This document shows, one piece after another, positions 1-13,600 of a stretch of 64,000 nucleotides of DNA. Under the pieces are notes generated by a model. That model saw only the letters and a list, made by a program, of their open reading frames with translations, was not told where the DNA came from and did no database searches. This DNA comes from the human T2T-CHM13v2.0 reference genome, Homo sapiens. The stretch lies in NCBI RefSeq assembly GCF_009914755.1, contig NC_060926.1. The stretch is one strand, 5' to 3'. Positions within the stretch are counted from its first letter, which is position 1. The number at the start of each line of letters is the position of its first letter. Both the position numbers and the translations under genes were made by a program.

Positions 1-1629
1 AGGTGGGACAAGAACCGACTGCCCTCAGTTTTGCTTGTCTGAACCACTGGTCTGGGTAGGAAAAAAGGAATTACTGCTAGATTGACAACAGTGGGTAGAT
101 GAGAGTATCCAGGCTCCAGAAGAACTGCAGGGGACAAGATTGGGTTGGTGATTTGCATTGAGCTAGCCCTGCTACCTTCAGGGATTTCAGAATTTTTTTC
201 TCATGTAATGGAAGGAAACCAGCAAACCAAATCCAGAAATAAAGCAAAACCCTAACTAGGAGAGTGTTTTCAAGGGAGAGATTGCTATAGCATCAGCCTC
301 TTGGGTTTGGAGAATGAGCTTAACCATGAGATTTAGGTTTGAGCATGTTTACTATAAGTAAAAAGCATTTTCCTGGAGTCTGGCAAATATTGCGGAAGAT
401 GTACTGAAATGTAATTGAAATGTAGCTGCCTCTTAATTTTATACTTAACAAATGCCAAAAATAAATAAATAAACAAGTGACTTTAAAGTTCAGGGTGTTA
501 ATATTTGAAATCTGTCCAGTTTAATTAGCTGAGTCCCAGAGACTTTCCTTTTTCTCTGGTCAGTGTCGCTGATCTAACACCTAATTATCTTCTTGGTTGT
601 GAAATAGGAATTAAAAGTATCATTTACTTATTTGTATCAACCTGGAACTTATTTCTTTAGCATACATTCTTATTTCAGGAAATAGGATGCATCCGTGTGG
701 AATTTACTCAGTAGCTCCTCTCTCAGTGACATTTGTGTGATCTAATTCAAGGACCTGAAGGGATGGCTCCACATGATTTACTTGCATATGATGCAGCTGT
801 TTTTAGTGCTGCATTTACATTTTTAAAAACAAGAATGCACCTTCTCGATAGAACAGACATGCATTTTTAACTCACAAACTCAAGAACTGTAGAAAAAGGA
901 AGTTTCTTAGAAATTGGGTCCAAACACCTTTTTGTACTGAAGAAAAAGAAACTTTGGTCCCAAAAGATTTAGTGGCCCTTAACTAAGGGTCAGTCAGTAA
1001 TAGAACAAAGCAAGGGACTAGATGGATTTCCAGTTCGAGGCTCTTATTTGTCTCAGATCTAAAGGTACAGGTGTGGTTTATATTGACAATTTTTCATGAC
1101 ATGCAGCTTTTTAAGGCAGTGATAGATAGCTTAGCCGCTTAGCTACTTAAAACCTCTAACTTCTGTATTAGTTTATTATAGTATATTATAGTCCCTGTGA
1201 CTACCTATACTTACTTTTTCTTTCCTCTTTGCATATTTATTTTTAATCTCATGTATTTTTTGTAAGTAGCCTTAGTATGTTTTCGAATGAAGCAGTGTCT
1301 AAAATACTCAAAATGATGCTTTTTATTAATGCTAACTGCTTATGTTTCCATAGTGTCTATGTCTGGGCCAAGATCCTAGCAACATTAATTATCGTAACAG
1401 GATTTCAACTTTTTCATCTATCAGAGGTAGCAGTAGAAACTAACTTCCTAAGTGGAATGCATAAAGAATTGCCATTTCTTCAGTTTTTCAGAAAGTAATG
1501 ACATTGTTATCCAAAACCCTGGAATTGTTTTTATTGAGCCTGGTAAATTACTTAAAATGTATTTAGTATCTTAAAATGAAAGACTTTGGCTGAAAGATTA
1601 CTTGCATGTGGGTATTAAAAAAAAGTTGT

Positions 1630-2925
1630 GATTTATGATCAGTTGATTTTTGGCAAGGGTGCCAGGGCTATTCATGGGAAAAGAATAGCCCTTTCAACAA
1701 ATAATGCCAGGACAATTGGCTAACCTCATGCAAAAGAATGAATCTGGACCCCTACCTCACACCTTATACAACATTAACTCAGTATGGATCAAAGACTTTA
1801 ATATAAATTATAAACTACTTAAAAAGAAACAATTGAAAATCTTCATGACCCTGGATTAGGCAACAGTTCCTTAGATATGACAGCAATAGTACAAACAACA
1901 AAAGAAAAAATAGGTAAATTGGACTGTATTAAAATTAAAGACATTGTGTGTCAGAGGACACTATCAAGAAGTGAAAAGGCATCTACAGAATGGGAGAAAA
2001 TACTTACAAATCATATATTGGATAAGAGTCTAGTTTCTAGAATATATAAAGAACTTTTAAAATTTAACAATAAAAAGAGAAATAACCCATTTATTACAAG
2101 TGGACACAGGATTTGAATGGATAAATTGCCAGAGTTACACAGATGGCCAATAAGCTCATGGAAAGATGCTCGTCATTAGGGAACTGCAAATCAAAACCTT
2201 GATAGGGTATCCTTTCACACCCACTAGGATGGCTGTAATTTTTTAAGTGGACTATAAGAAGTATTGTTGTGGATGTGGAGAAATTGGAACCCTTATACAA
2301 TGCTAGTGGAAATGTAGAATGGTACAGCTTCTGTGGAAACTGGCAGTTCCTCAAAAAGTTAAAGATAGAATTACCATATGACTCAGCAGTTCCACTTCTA
2401 GGTATATATCTGAAAATATTGAAAACGTGTTCACACAAAAATGTATACACAAATGTGCACAGTAGCTTTATTCATAACAGCCAAAAGGTGGAAACAACTC
2501 AAATGTCCATTAACTGAGGAATAAACAACATGTTGCATATCTTACAATGGAATATTATTTAGCCATAAAAAGGAGTCAAGTACTGTTACATGCTACATCA
2601 TGGATGAACCTCAGAAATATCTTTCTGAAAGAAGCCAGACACAAAAACCATGTATTGTATTATTCCATTTATATGCAGTGTCAAAAATAGACAAATTCGT
2701 AGAGACAAAAAAAAAAAAAGATTAATGCTTACCAGGAGATGGGGGAAGAGGAGGATTGGGACTAACTTAATAGGTATGGACTGTTTTAGGGAGGGTGATT
2801 AAAATGTTCCAGAATTATCTTGATGGTGATGCTTGCACAACATAATGAATATTCTAAAAAATACCAAAGTGTACACTTTAAAATAGTGGATTTTATACTA
2901 TATGAATTGTATCTCAATTGAAAAT
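1630..2925 (+). mobile_element. Old L1 (L1M-type), ORF2 3' end and 3' UTR
   Basis: Degenerate ORF2 peptides (EWEKI...LVSRIYKELL; WQFLKKLKIELPYDSAVPLLGIY). Confidence 0.9.
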
Positions 2926-3904
2926 GTGAAAATTTAAAAAGTGTGCCTGAAGATATAACAAAAGATGTTATGACAGATTAGAGACTGAAATTTTAAAGAA
3001 TTTTCACAAACATGAAATAACTCGGTACCCAATATAACTGATAGAGAACTTTGTCTAGTCTGTGACTTTTAGAGAATTAAGAGAAAGGTCCTGTGTTGTG
3101 ATTTTTACAGTTGGACAGGAAGAATCAGAGTCATTAGTTAGCCTTCTGCTCAGAGCCAAGGAATGTCGTTAAGAGATGTTATGCAGACTGAGGTTATAAA
3201 ACCAAATTACCTCCACTGAGCAAATCACCTGTATTCAGAAACAGCAGGGAAGTTGGAAAACTAGTCGGTAGTGGGGGTAGGACTGAAGGGATGTGATTTT
3301 TCTTTTTTAACGTACAATGCAACAGTGGCTCTCCCTAGATTTTGTGCTAAAATAAGAACATTTTCACACATTTTAATTGCTCTGTGGTAACAACAGTGCG
3401 AACTCCATCCACAAACATTTATTATCTATTTAATTTTGCTCTAATTTCAGTGTAGCAAGAATTCACCTCATAAGTGGGAGTAAGAGTCCATTTAATAAAA
3501 TGAAATCCCTTCCCACATTGCTGATCCTATTGTACATTTCCATAATAAAGAATTTAAAATGGCCTTTTATATTTTCTCATTTTTAGGTTAAGTTTATAGA
3601 TTAGTATTCTCAAAGTAGCATCTTCCTGAACCGGAACCCCACTTGCTCCTTGAACATTAGAATAAGAATATTTTAAAATTGTGGAACTTAAGGTTTCATA
3701 CAATTTCTAGTCAGGATTTTAGATGAGACTTATGTTTATAGTACTTGGTGGTATAATGTTTGTGGTAAACCTTATAGAACTATCTTTAAGATGCATTTTT
3801 AAAATGAGGTTTATGTAACTTAGTAATTATCTAAATTGATCTCATTATTTTGCAGACCTGTCATTTACTCCATCCTTTATAGTGATGCTACAGGACGAAG
3901 AGGA

Positions 3905-4003
3905 ATGGATAAAAACATTGGCGAGCAACTCAATAAAGCGTATGAAGCCTTCCGGCAGGCATGCATGGATAGAGATTCTGCAGTAAAAGAATTACAGCAA
4001 AAG
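3905..4003 (+). CDS. TANK: TANK first coding exon (exon begins 3856), MDKNIGEQ...KELQQK, start of coiled coil
   Basis: Acceptor ttttgcag|A at 3855/3856; ATG at 3905 in strong context (ggaATGg); donor AAG|gtgtgt at 4003/4004; phase 0. Confidence 0.97.
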
Positions 4004-5328
4004 GTGTGTGGTTCTGGTTTTGAAAGTTATTCTTTATCTTGGTACATGGAATTTTAGAGCCTTTTGCATCTGAAAAATGTTATATTGTTAGAAATTGCCC
4101 TGAAGAACTATAATTACAGAAATGCAGGTATATATTAATGGATTAAATTTGAAGTTTTTGTTTGTTGTTTTTTTTAAAAATATTGCAACCCATAGGAAGA
4201 GTTGATTTGATGGGCTCCTTTTCAGGTGATTGTGAAAGATTGTGAATGTTGTCTTCCATAAATAATTTTAAAATATCAGTATTTATAAATAAGGAGGAAA
4301 TAACTATAAAAACAGTTTTATGACACAGAAGTATCACTGTCTCCATTTGTTTGGTTTTGGTGTTTTTTATGTTGTTATTTGGCTGACAGGAAAACTTTTC
4401 AAATCTTAAAATATTTAAGAACTAAATTTGGTATTAATTTATAATACTCTTCCATTCTTTATAACAATTCAAAGTAGACTATTTCAGTGAAATCTTTAAT
4501 GACTTACTAAAGTTTCAGCTTTTACAATTATCCCTGTACACATAACATTTATTTTTAGTACTTTTAGTTTCAGAAGAAAGTAAATTGGAGGAAAGGCATA
4601 TCCAGGCAAAAATTACTTAACCTCATAGTTCTTAAGCACATGTCTGTTACTGGTTCATGATGAGATTTTCACTGATCTGCAGCAAAATGAGAAAAATAAG
4701 GCTAATTATTAAACTTCTCATAATGCTACATTTATTTCATCTAAAATTCTGCCTTCTATTCTGATGTTATGTTCCATGTTTCCATACGATCAAAGTAAAG
4801 AGCAGAATTTTATTAACATATACTTTTGTGAAATGATGATGATAGGATTCTCTCCTTTTTATTATGTTTACATAGTAGTGTTTCAGAAGTCTCCAATTTC
4901 ACCTACACGTTCTGTGATTCCCCAGAAGGATTCATGCAACTCAACATTGGATCATACTCATAGTTAAGATTTATTACAGTGACATAGTAAAGATATATAG
5001 CCAGATTATTAATGGAAAAAGACATCAGGAGGAGTCTAGAGGAATCCATGTTGTTCAGCCTTCCTATACACCTTTCCTTCAACTTTAAAATTCAGTAACG
5101 TGTGCAGTATATCAGGAACTCCATTTTAGTTTCAGAGTTCAGGGTTTTTTTTTTTTTTTTTGAGGATTGATCACATAGGCACCCTCTTGTCAACCAAAAT
5201 TCCAGATTCTCTCAAAAGGAAAGGTGTTCATTGTAAATCTCATTGTATAGTCTTAAGTGGGCTGGCACAGCAGGCACAACATTATCATTTAGGAAAGGTT
5301 TTCAAAAGCCAGGTTCCCAAATGCCAGC

Positions 5329-6042
<714 letters not shown>

Positions 6043-6209
6043 CTAGCCAAGGGAAAACTTGCACCTAAACCTTTCTGAAGATAACAGCCTCAGGCCTGCT
6101 GTGTTAAATTACTTCTGCACAGGCAGTTGAAAGTGAGAGATCTTATGTTGGTTTTCCCAATTAAAAAAAAAAATTACTAGCCTGTGAAACTCTGAAGTCT
6201 AATATGCTA

Positions 6210-7305
6210 ATATTTTGGAAAAATTCTCGAACCTTGTTTTTCCTCTAATCTCACACAACAACAATAATCAACAACATAGAAGAGGAGAACAGGAGAACGT
6301 CAGAGAATTGAAGTTTAGAATTTGGATTTTTTTTTTCCATTCAGGTTTAAGGCATAACCATTTTTATTAAAAAAAAAAATCTCAGAGTTTATTCTTATTT
6401 TGTGATTAGGTTCATTAAGAAGACTTGACAATTGTGACCAAATGTGTGTGGGTTTCTCCCCACATATTAAGCAGTGGACACCAGCTAGATGTCTTCCAAT
6501 TCAGTTCCAACACCATCTACTCAGAGATAACATCAGATCCGACAAGTAAAGGGCTCAGTCCCACAAGACCACCCTCTCCCCTCCCCAAGTTGCAAGTCCC
6601 AGCCTCCAGAACTTCTAACCAACTAGTTTCCAGTTGGAGTTCCCACAATCCCCTCTTTGGGTTTGATTAATTTGCTAGAGTGGCTCACAGAACTCAGGGG
6701 AACCAATACTTACTTGTACCAGTTTATTTTGAAGGATATTTTACAGGATATTAACATCCAAATGAAGAGACATATAAGGTGAGGTCTGAAAGGGTCCCAA
6801 ATACAGGAGCTTCTGTCTTTGGGGAGTTGGGGTGCACTACCCTCCCAGCACGTGGATGAGTTCTTCATCTTTCTGTCAACCTTCATATGTTCAGCTCCCC
6901 AGAAGTTCCCTGAACCCTGTCCTTTGGGGCTTCTATGGAGACTTCATTGATTGTCCATGATTGAAGAAGGGACAACCAGTTCAAAATGTGATTGCACAAA
7001 AAGGGTGTGATCTAAACCCAGCAGTTCCTGTCTATTCAGATTCTTCTTGGTCATTCTGTGCAGCATTCCTTCCTCCAGAGTATGCAGCAAGACCCTCTCT
7101 GGAATGAAGGTCTGATAACCCATAGTCATATTAGAGTCCTGTCTTCAGCAAGTGAGAGGAGGGCAGGAGAAGGTTAGAGAGACTGTTTCCTGAGGCGTGC
7201 TTCCAAGGCCTGAAGCACCTCAGTATTGTAACAAAAGACTATAACAAGAGTTGTGAGAGTTACGAGCTAGGAACCATGGACAAAAACCTAATCATAATGC
7301 CACAG
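6210..7305 (-). mobile_element. MER21-like LTR with an internal foreign insert
   Basis: Segments tgtgaccaaatgtgtg...ccccac and ggaaccatggacaaaaacc...ccaca resemble the reverse complement of MER21 as I remember it. Confidence 0.6.
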
Positions 7306-8799
7306 CTAGCCATGCAATTATTAGCTTCTTCCTTAAATACAGGAGCTACACAATTTCCTTCTCCTTTCTAATTGATAAATCTATAAAACTAGCTGTCATT
7401 CATAACTCCCTCCATTCTTCAGAAATCATTGTTATTCTTTGTGAGTCTCCTCTTGGTTTACAAAAGAATACTCCATTATGGAATACCTATGAATACTTAT
7501 GGACTGTAAGTCTTCATTAGGGGTGGATAGGAGGAAAGAGCGCACAGTATGAGAGAGGGCTTTCTAAGATTATTGAAATGAAGTTTAGAATTTGAATTTA
7601 TTTTTTTTTTCAGTTCAGGTTTAAGACATAACTACTTTTGTAGAAAGCAAAAAACTCAACGTTCTTCTTAGGTTCATTAAGAAACCGTGACAATTCTATA
7701 TTTCTTCTAGAGGAGTATTAAGATATCTTTTGGATAAGACAGAAACAGGAATTCCTGTTAACTCCTATATTTTTTGCACTAGCCATTGGTAAGCAATTGG
7801 GAGTTTAACCCCTTATCTGCTGTGGAAGAAGCCTTTGCTCACATTAGCATATATTCCAAAGAAGGAAAAAGGAAAATTTTTTTACATTTAGTTTTCAAAG
7901 CTAATATTTGTTAAGTACTCAAGAATGGATGAAGAAAAAATGTATAATATATATTCTTGTATGTTAAAATCAAAATATTCTGGTAGATTTATTTAAGAAA
8001 CATTTATTGAGTACCTCCTAAGTACTGGGCCCTTCATGAAGTTTTGAGAATACTGAAATAAATAAAATATCATTTATATCATTAAGGAACTTTAAAAAGT
8101 TCAAATAAATCATAAATAAAATAGATATTTTACTATATAGTAGAATAAAAAAAGTAGTTATTACTATAGTGTATTTTGTACTATAATAGAGATCAGTATA
8201 GGATAATACATGAGCACAGAGAAGAGACACTTGGTCTATGAGAATCAGTTAATAAGCTCAATGTGAGTCGATACTTGAGCTAAGGTTAGGAAGAAGCAGG
8301 AGGAGCACTATATATTAAAAAAAACTCAGAAGTGAGAGAGTATATGATACATTTCATGTACCACAAGGAATCATATAGCTTCAAAGAGAATGATGGGACA
8401 TTCCAGGAAAAGAACCTGTAAAGGTAGATTAGTATGGCTAAGTAGTTTGTACTATATCCTTTTCAATCAAAAGTTATTGAAGGATTATTTGTGCTTTGGA
8501 ACAGTCTTCCTGACAGTGGGATAGAGATAGATAGGATACAGAACAATGTGAAATTGAGCTCAACAAATATATATTAAGAACCTATTTCATACTAAGCAAT
8601 GTTCTAAGAGCAAGCAATATAAAATAACTGGCAACTATCCAGTTGCACTTTATGCACTTTAATATATGTATTGATATAAAATTATGTAGTTATATGATAC
8701 ATAAAATATCTATTAATATACATACTAAATGTATGCACATATATATTATACCTCAATTTTTTAAAAAAGTGAATGGCAATCATTTCAAGCAATCAAAAT

Positions 8800-10660
8800 G
8801 AGGACATAAATTAAGCATTAGAGATGAGTTGGGGAAAAGATTTAAGGTTTATTTAGGAGATAAAATGGAAAGCAGGGGTGCCTGAATGCAGGCCACATCT
8901 GAGGCCTGGTACCCTCTCAGATGGTGTCCTGGTATCTGGAATAAATTACTGGATTAATGGTGGTGCTGATGACTGAAACCAAGGATGGATAAGAGGGTAC
9001 AAATTTGGGGTAGGGAAATAAGATCTATAATTAGGTTTTAGTTAATAGTTGTAGTTACCTGTGAGGCTTATAGGTGAAAATGCCAATGGATGGTTGTAAA
9101 TTTGGATCTAGGCCTAGAAGAAGTTCTGAATTGGAAAGTGTAGATATGGAAGTAATGGATTTTATTGTATCCTTAAATGTGGATAACATCTCCCAGTTAA
9201 GAGTGTATAGGTTGAAAGAATATTTGAAGGACAGAAGTGGGAGATGGAGAAGGAAGGGAAGAAGATCAGTCACTTGGCCTCTGGAGATTCAGAACATAGG
9301 TTAAGCAATTTGAGACGCATAGGAAGAGAACTTGGAGAATACCAATATTTTACAGAATAGGCATAGAGAGGGAAAAATCATTAAGGAAACTAATAAAAAC
9401 TACTCTACAAGGTAAGAAACAAATTATAGAAAAAGAATGTAGTATCATAGAAGGCATTAGAAAAGAGCTTCAAGAAGGAAGCACTGGTTAGCAGTACCAG
9501 ATATCCAAGAAATCTAGTAAGATGACAACTGAGAAGCCAATTGCATTTGGCTATGTGGAGGTTACTGACATTTATGAAGGCAGTTAAGTTGAGTGGGAAG
9601 GGCAGATTGTAGTAGGCTGAGGAGAATTAGGGAATGAAGAAGTAAAGACAATATAAACCACGTGGTTAAAAGCTTGACTGTGCAGAAGATAAATAGAGTG
9701 ATAACTAGTGAGGTTTTTGGTTTTTTGTTTTTTTTTTCTTTTTTTGGATGAATGAAACAATGTGGAAGAATATATAACATAGCAGAGAGAGAGGAGAAAG
9801 CCTGAACATAGAGTGAAAAAATAATTCATCATTCTCAGTAAACTATTGCAAGAACAAAAAACCAAACACCGCATATTCTCACTCATAGGTGGGAATTGAA
9901 CAATGAGATCACATGGACACAGGAAGGGGAATATCACACTCTGGGGACTGTGGTGGGGTGGGGGGAGGGGGGAGGGATAGCATTGGGAGATATACCTAAT
10001 GCCAGATGACGAGTTAGTGGGTGTAGCGCACCAGCATGGCACATGTATACATATGTAACTAACCTGCACAATGTGCACATGTACCCTAAAACTTAAAGTA
10101 TAATAAAAAAAATAATAATAATTCATGCCTTTTTACAATCACATTACACAACAGCCAGAGTGATCCTTTTAAAAAGAAATATTTAAATGTTAATTATATC
10201 AGTCTCCTACTCAAAATTTTTCAGTGATTTCTATAAAATAAAAGCCAAAATTATGAACAAAATTAGCTGGACATGGTGGTATGTGCCTGTAGTCCCAGCT
10301 ACCCAGGAGGCTGAGGTGGGAGGATTGCTTGAGCCCAGTGATCCTGGGAGATTGAGGGAGTTTGAGGCTGCAGTGAGCTGAGATCACACAACTGCACTCC
10401 ACCCTGGTGACAGAGCGAGACCCTGGCTCAAAAAAAGTAAAACAACGAAAGTCCTTCCCATGGCCTACTAAGGCAGAGCCTAATCTGGCCCTTACCAGAC
10501 AGTCCATTTATCTCCTACCACTCTATTCTCTCACAGCCTTTCTACCACATGGGCTTCCTGTTGTTTTTCAAATATATTCCTATTTCAGAACCTTTGCATT
10601 TACTATCCCATTTGGTTGGAGTGGTTTTTCTTTGGATATTTTCATGGTTTTCTCCCTTAT
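8800..10660. mobile_element. Degenerate L2 fragments hosting a young L1 and an Alu monomer (~10260-10436)
   Basis: Purine-rich L2-like sequence, then cagccagagtgatcctttt and acctttgcattt motifs. Confidence 0.5.
9826..10116 (+). mobile_element. Young 5'-truncated L1 (L1PA2-like 3' UTR) with TSD
   Basis: Near-consensus primate L1 3' UTR with G-tract; GAG (non-Ta) at the diagnostic site; AATAAA and A tail; TSD aataattcat at 9820-9829 and 10117-10126. Confidence 0.93.
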
Positions 10661-10684
10661 TGTTTTCCTCCTTTATTGCTTTCA

Positions 10685-13600
10685 AGGGCAGTCTCTTCAA
10701 TAAACAGTGCTAGGAAAACTAGATAACCAGATACAGAAGAATGAAAGTAGACCCTCATTTCTCACCATGTATAAAAATCAAATCAAAATGGATTAAAGAT
10801 TATATATAAGACCTGAAACTATGAAACTACTAGAAGAAAACATTGGGGAAATGCTTTAGGACATCTGTCTGGGCAAAGATATTTTGGGTAAGATCTCAAA
10901 GGCACAGGCAACAAAATTAGACAAATGGGATTACATCAAGTAAAATTACACAACAAAAGAAACAATCAACAAAGTACAGAGACAACCTACAGAATGGGAG
11001 AAAATATTTGCAAACTGACAAGGGATTAATAAGCAGACTGTATAAAGAAAATTCAATAGCAAAACAACAAAAACAAATCAATTTTGAAATGGGCAAAAGA
11101 TCTGAATAGACATTTCTCAAAAGAAGACATGCAAATGGCCAACAGGCATTTTAAAAAATGCTTACCATACTAATCATTAGGAAAATGGAAATCAAAACCA
11201 CAATTTGATATCATCTCACCTGAGTTAAAATAGTTTTCTTGATTAAAATATTTGACAAAAAAATAACAGATGCTGGCAAAGAGGTGGAAAAGGGAGAACA
11301 CTCATACAGTTGTTAATAACCAAAAGAGAGCAAGAGTGAATATATTAAATCAGAGACAACAGACTTTAAATCAAAAATTGTTCCAAACTGGGTATGGTGG
11401 CTCACACCTGTAATCCCATCACTTTGGGAGGCTGAGGCAGGTGGGTCGTTTGAGCACAGGAGTTTAAGACCAGCCTGGGCCAACATGACAAAATCCCATC
11501 TGTACAAAAAAACAAAAACAAAAAACACCAGGTATGGTGGTGTGCTCCTGTAGTCCCAGCTACTCAGGAGACAGGCAGGTGGATTGGTTGAGCCCTAGAA
11601 GTGGAGGCTGCAGTGAGCCATGTTTGCACCACTGCACTCCAGCCTAGATGACAGAGCAAGAGCCTGTCTCAAAAATAAAAGAACAAAACAACAAAAACTA
11701 CTACAAGAGACAGGAAAGGGACATTATATAATGATAATGGGTCAGTTTATCAAGCAAATATTAACAGTTATATATGCATCATATGCCAGAGCTCCAAAGT
11801 ATATGAAGCAAGCATTGACACTATTGAAGGAAGAAACATTACAGCTCTATGATAATAGTAGGAGAATTAAAGTATTATACTTTAAACACTTTAAATAATG
11901 GATAGAACAACTAGACAAAAGATCTGTATGGAAATAGAGGATTTGAACCACATTGTAGAGCAGTTGGACCTAACAGACATATGTAAAAACCCCAGCAACA
12001 ACAGAATACACATTTGCTCAAGGGCATATGGAGCATTCTCTGGGAGAGGCCATTAAAAATGACTTAATAAATTTAAAAAGATTAAAATCATGCTAAGTAT
12101 ATTTTCTAATCACAATGAAATGAAACTAGAAGTCAGCAAAAGAAAAAGTGGGAAATTCACAACTATGTACAAATTAAATAACACTCTTAAACAACCAGTG
12201 GGTCAAAAAAGAAATCACAAGGGAAATTAGAATGAATATATATTGTGACAAATGAAAATGTAAATACAAAGTACCAAAACTTCTAGGATGCAGTAAAAGC
12301 AGTGAATAGAGAAATGTTTAGCTGTAAATGCATGTATTGAAGAAGAGAGATCTCAAATCAGTAACTTAACTTTATGCCTGAAGAAACTAGAGAAAGAACT
12401 AAACCCAAAACTAGCATAAAGAAGAAAATAATAAAAATGGAAACAAATATAAATAAAAAATAGAAAAACAATAGAGAAAAACAACGAAAACAAGTGTTGA
12501 CTATTTGAAAAGATCAAGAAATGTGACAAACCTTTAGTTAGCTTGACTAAAAAAAGAGGGAAGACAAATAACTAAAATAAGAAAATGAGGACATTATTAC
12601 CTACTTTACAAAAGTTAAAAATATCATAAAAGAGTGCTATGAACAATTGTATGCCAACAGATTGGATAAGCTAGTAAAACATCCTAGAAACACACTAACT
12701 ACTAAGAATGAATCATGAAGAAAATGAAAATCTGAATAGACCTTTACCTAGTAAGGAGATTGAATCAGTAATCAAAAACTTCCCAACAACGAAAAGCCTA
12801 GGATGAGATAGCTTCACCAGTGAATTCTGCCAAACATTTAAAGCAGAATTAATACCAATCCTCTCAGTCTCTTCCAAAAACTTGAACAGTATGTAACACT
12901 TCCTTACCCATTCTATGAGGCCAGCATTACCCTGATACCAAAGACACTATTAGAAAAGAAAACTACAGACTAGTATCACTTATGAATATTTGCTATGGTT
13001 TGAATGTTTGTCGCCTCCAAAACTCATGTTGAAATTTAATTGCCAGTATAACAATATTAAGAAGTGGGACCTTTAAGAGATGATTAGGCCATGAGGTCTC
13101 TGCCCCCCATGGGCATAATTAATGCTGCTCCAAAACTGTCAGTTTGGCTGCTGCTGCCCTTTCTCTTTGCTCTTCAGTCACATGATACCTTCCACTATAT
13201 GGAAGATGCTAGTGTCTTGGTTTTGGACTTGCCAGATACTGGTGTCTTAGTTTTGGATTTCCCAGCATCCAGAACTGTGAAGAAATAAATTTCTGTTCTT
13301 TATAATTTATCCAACCTCAGGTATTCTGCTATAGCAGCACAAAACAGACTAAGACAATATTGATGCAAAAAATCCTCAACAAAACACTAGCAAATCAAAT
13401 CCAACAGCATATTAAAAGAATTACATATCATGACAAAGTGAGACTTATTCCTATAATGCAGTAATGGTTCAGCATACAAAACTAGTCATGATATACCATG
13501 TAATATACCACGTTAACAGGATTAAAAAGAAAAAACATGATCCTCTCAACTGATTCAGAAAAAGCATTTGATAAAATTCAACACTGTTTTAGGATTTTAA

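Noticed and set aside
1877-2517. Overlapping ORFs with L1 ORF2-like peptides
   Set aside because: Frameshifted fragments of a dead L1, not genes.
9584-10126. 180-aa minus-strand ORF
   Set aside because: Largely the antisense of the L1 3' UTR plus low-complexity flank.
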